Origin: Azolla caroliniana
Lineage: Eukaryota; Plantae; Polypodiophyta
Length of the DNA: 64,000 nt
Direction of reading: 5' to 3'
Assembly: GCA_043228905.1 (NCBI GenBank)
Contig: JBHGNT010000007.1
Coordinates: forward strand, 12,400,001-12,464,000
Shown: piece by piece, positions 61,893 through 64,000 of the stretch
How the letters are laid out: each line of letters opens with the position of its first letter
Numbering within the stretch: the stretch's first letter is position 1
Notes under the pieces: generated by a model
Databases searched by the model: none
Told to the model about the DNA's origin: nothing
The model's input: only the letters and a program-made list of their open reading frames with translations
Program-made: the position numbers and the translations under genes

Positions 61893-64000
61893 AACCATAG
61901 AGAAACTGCTGCGTAAGGAACAGGAAATTCCTGGATGCGTAATCGATGACAACTCAGGTGTCAATGTAATTAGCGGGAAAACTTGCGAGCAGTTAGCCAT
62001 TTTAGAATGGGAGGCTTGCCCATTCTGGCTTCGAATGGCAAATACCCACTCAGTATGACCATTAGGGTTAATTCGCAAAATAGGCATTATTGTCCTCACC
62101 TTGGACGCCCCAAGGGCGTATCCAGTGCTTCTGGGCAGGCCATGGCTTCGGGGCAGCAAATATCAAGCAAAGCTGGCAACACAGGTGTATTAGTTTCCGA
62201 CACGAACACACCAAGGTTCGCCTACCTACGGAAGGAAGCACGCCACAACCGAAGGGTATAACACCATTATACGCAGAAGATATAAATATGCTGGATGGGG
62301 TGGAGGATGCAGAATTAGAGGTATACCTCGATGAGCACCCTCAGATTATTCCGCTGTTTGAAATAGACGTCATCGCAACCGCACAGAATATGCCACGACC
62401 GCTGTTCTCCATGACGAGCCTTACGAACCAAACCCAGAGTCCATATTGGAACTCAGTAGAGCACGGGCAGCATTCGAAAGGGAAATGGAGATTTCACGAC
62501 GAGTCACCGCTTCCACCCTCGAAGAAGTAAATATGGGTATGGAATCGGAGCCTCGTTTCCTCTCCATCGCAAAGGAATTAAGGCCGGACCAACGAAACAC
62601 GATGATCGCACTACTCACGGAATATAAGGATGTGTTCGCTTGGGCTCACGAGGACATGAAGGGGTTAGATCCCAAGTTCTATCAACATAAGATCAATTTA
62701 GCAACCAACTCAAAACCCGTTCAGCAGTGCCGCTACCGCATGAACCCGAACTACGCGACCCGCGTGAAAGAAGAAATTGACAAGCTCCTGAAGGCGGGCG
62801 GGGTTCATACGACCAGTTAAACAAGCAAAATGGTTAAGCTCGATAGTGGTCGTTCCAAAGAAAAACGGCAAAATACGGGTATGCGTAGATTACCGAAAAT
62901 TAAACGCCGTCACCATCATGGACGCATTTCCCTTACCCTTCATCGATAGCATACTGGACTCCGTCGCAGGCCATGAGATGTACAGTTTTTTAGATGGCTT
63001 CAATGGCTATAACCAGGTACGCATGCATCCCGAGGACCAAGAAAAGATGGCATTTATCATAGACTAGGGGGTATATGTGGCAATCGTCATGATGTTCGGG
63101 CTAAAGACGGCGCCGGCAACATTTCAATGGACAATTACGAAGATATTTGGGGAATACATTCCGGCGTTCATTGAAGTTTTTTTAGATGACTTTGCAGTAT
63201 ATGGGAGAACAATAGACCATTTTTCACACTTACAACTGTGCCTGAAACGTTGTCGCACCGCACGCTTAAGCCTGAATCCCGCGAAATGTGCTTTCGGCGT
63301 GACCAGCGGGACTCTCCTAGGCCATATACTCAGCAAGGAGGGAATAGCGGTTGACCCAAACAAAATCTCCGCAATTACGCAAGCCAACACTCCGACAAAC
63401 GCCAAATCACTCAGCCGGTTTTTGGGACAAATACGGTGGCATAGTCGGATGATACGGTATTTGGCGGACTTCACCACGCCGTTACACGCTGCCATACATG
63501 AAACTCCTTTCCAATGGACTGCAACGGAGGATAAGGCCTACGAGGCACTTAAGATAATGCTCACACAGGCTCCCGTTGTCCAACCACCAGTTTGGGCGAA
63601 GCCATTCCACGTGTTCGTCGACGCCTCGGACATAGCAATAGGAAGTGCACTAATGTAGCTCACCGAACCAAGCTGGTACCGGCCGGTATACTACGCTAGT
63701 CGCAAATTATCAACAACAGAGCGTAACTACTCCACAACGGAGCGGGTGGCGCTAGGGATGATCTATAACATCAATAAATTCCGGCACTATTTATTAGGAA
63801 GGAAATTCACGTTCCACGTGGATCATTTGGCGCTACTGTATTTGGTGGAGAAATAAGCCCTGACAAGGAAATTAGCGCGGTGGATGCTGCTACTCCAGGA
63901 ATTCGATTTTGTAATCCAACACCGACTAGGGACGCAACACGCAGTGGCGGATTTTTTGAGCAGACTCAAGAATGGAGAAACAGTACAGAAAGATGACGAC

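Larger units (their letters stand above)
54217..64000 (+). mobile_element. Element H: non-chromovirus-type Ty3/gypsy (Tat/Athila/Phygy-like), degenerate, runs off the window; interrupted by I
   Basis: 5' LTR 54217-54653 (TGTCCG...GCAACA); PBS-like TGGCACGC at ~54658; gag YPSFNGETDATTHI with three CCHC-like knuckles; PR VIDDNSGVNVI; RT IRVCVDYRKLN, FLDGFNGYNQV, VFLDDF; RH FVDASDIAIG. Confidence 0.88.

Overview
This is land-plant nuclear DNA (Met-i-type PBSs, TTTAGGG-type telo-box; the Tcn1-like chromovirus suggests a fern or other seed-free plant, which is inference). It consists almost entirely of nested retroelements. I resolved most boundaries by eye from LTR pairs, PBS/PPT and TSDs. (i) 1-22.5 kb is a five-level nest: an old chromovirus contains chromovirus A, which contains copia B, which contains copia C, which contains copia D; A also carries a solo LTR. 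(ii) 23.3-23.9 kb holds the only probable host gene, an intron-free ORF with an organellar-presequence-like N-terminus, an S1-like domain and an upstream telo-box array. (iii) 26.6-33.2 kb holds degenerate copia relics, a 1.5-kb inverted repeat, a palindromic TAGCTAATTAGCTA minisatellite and a 192-bp tandem repeat. (iv) 33.2-45.5 kb is a gypsy element interrupted by a pol-less gag-only LTR element with a tRNA-Trp PBS, which in turn hosts a young copia at its PPT/LTR junction. (v) 47.3-53.2 kb is a full-length L1-type LINE with (GA)n at both ends and a ~123-bp flanking duplication. (vi) 53.2-64 kb holds a LINE 3' fragment, a copia relic and a non-chromovirus gypsy with a near-intact copia inside. 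The most unusual items are the (GA)n-bounded LINE, the Trp-primed gag-only element, the copia pol tail between duplicated PPTs, and the S1-like gene. No database search was possible, so family names rest on motif recognition.
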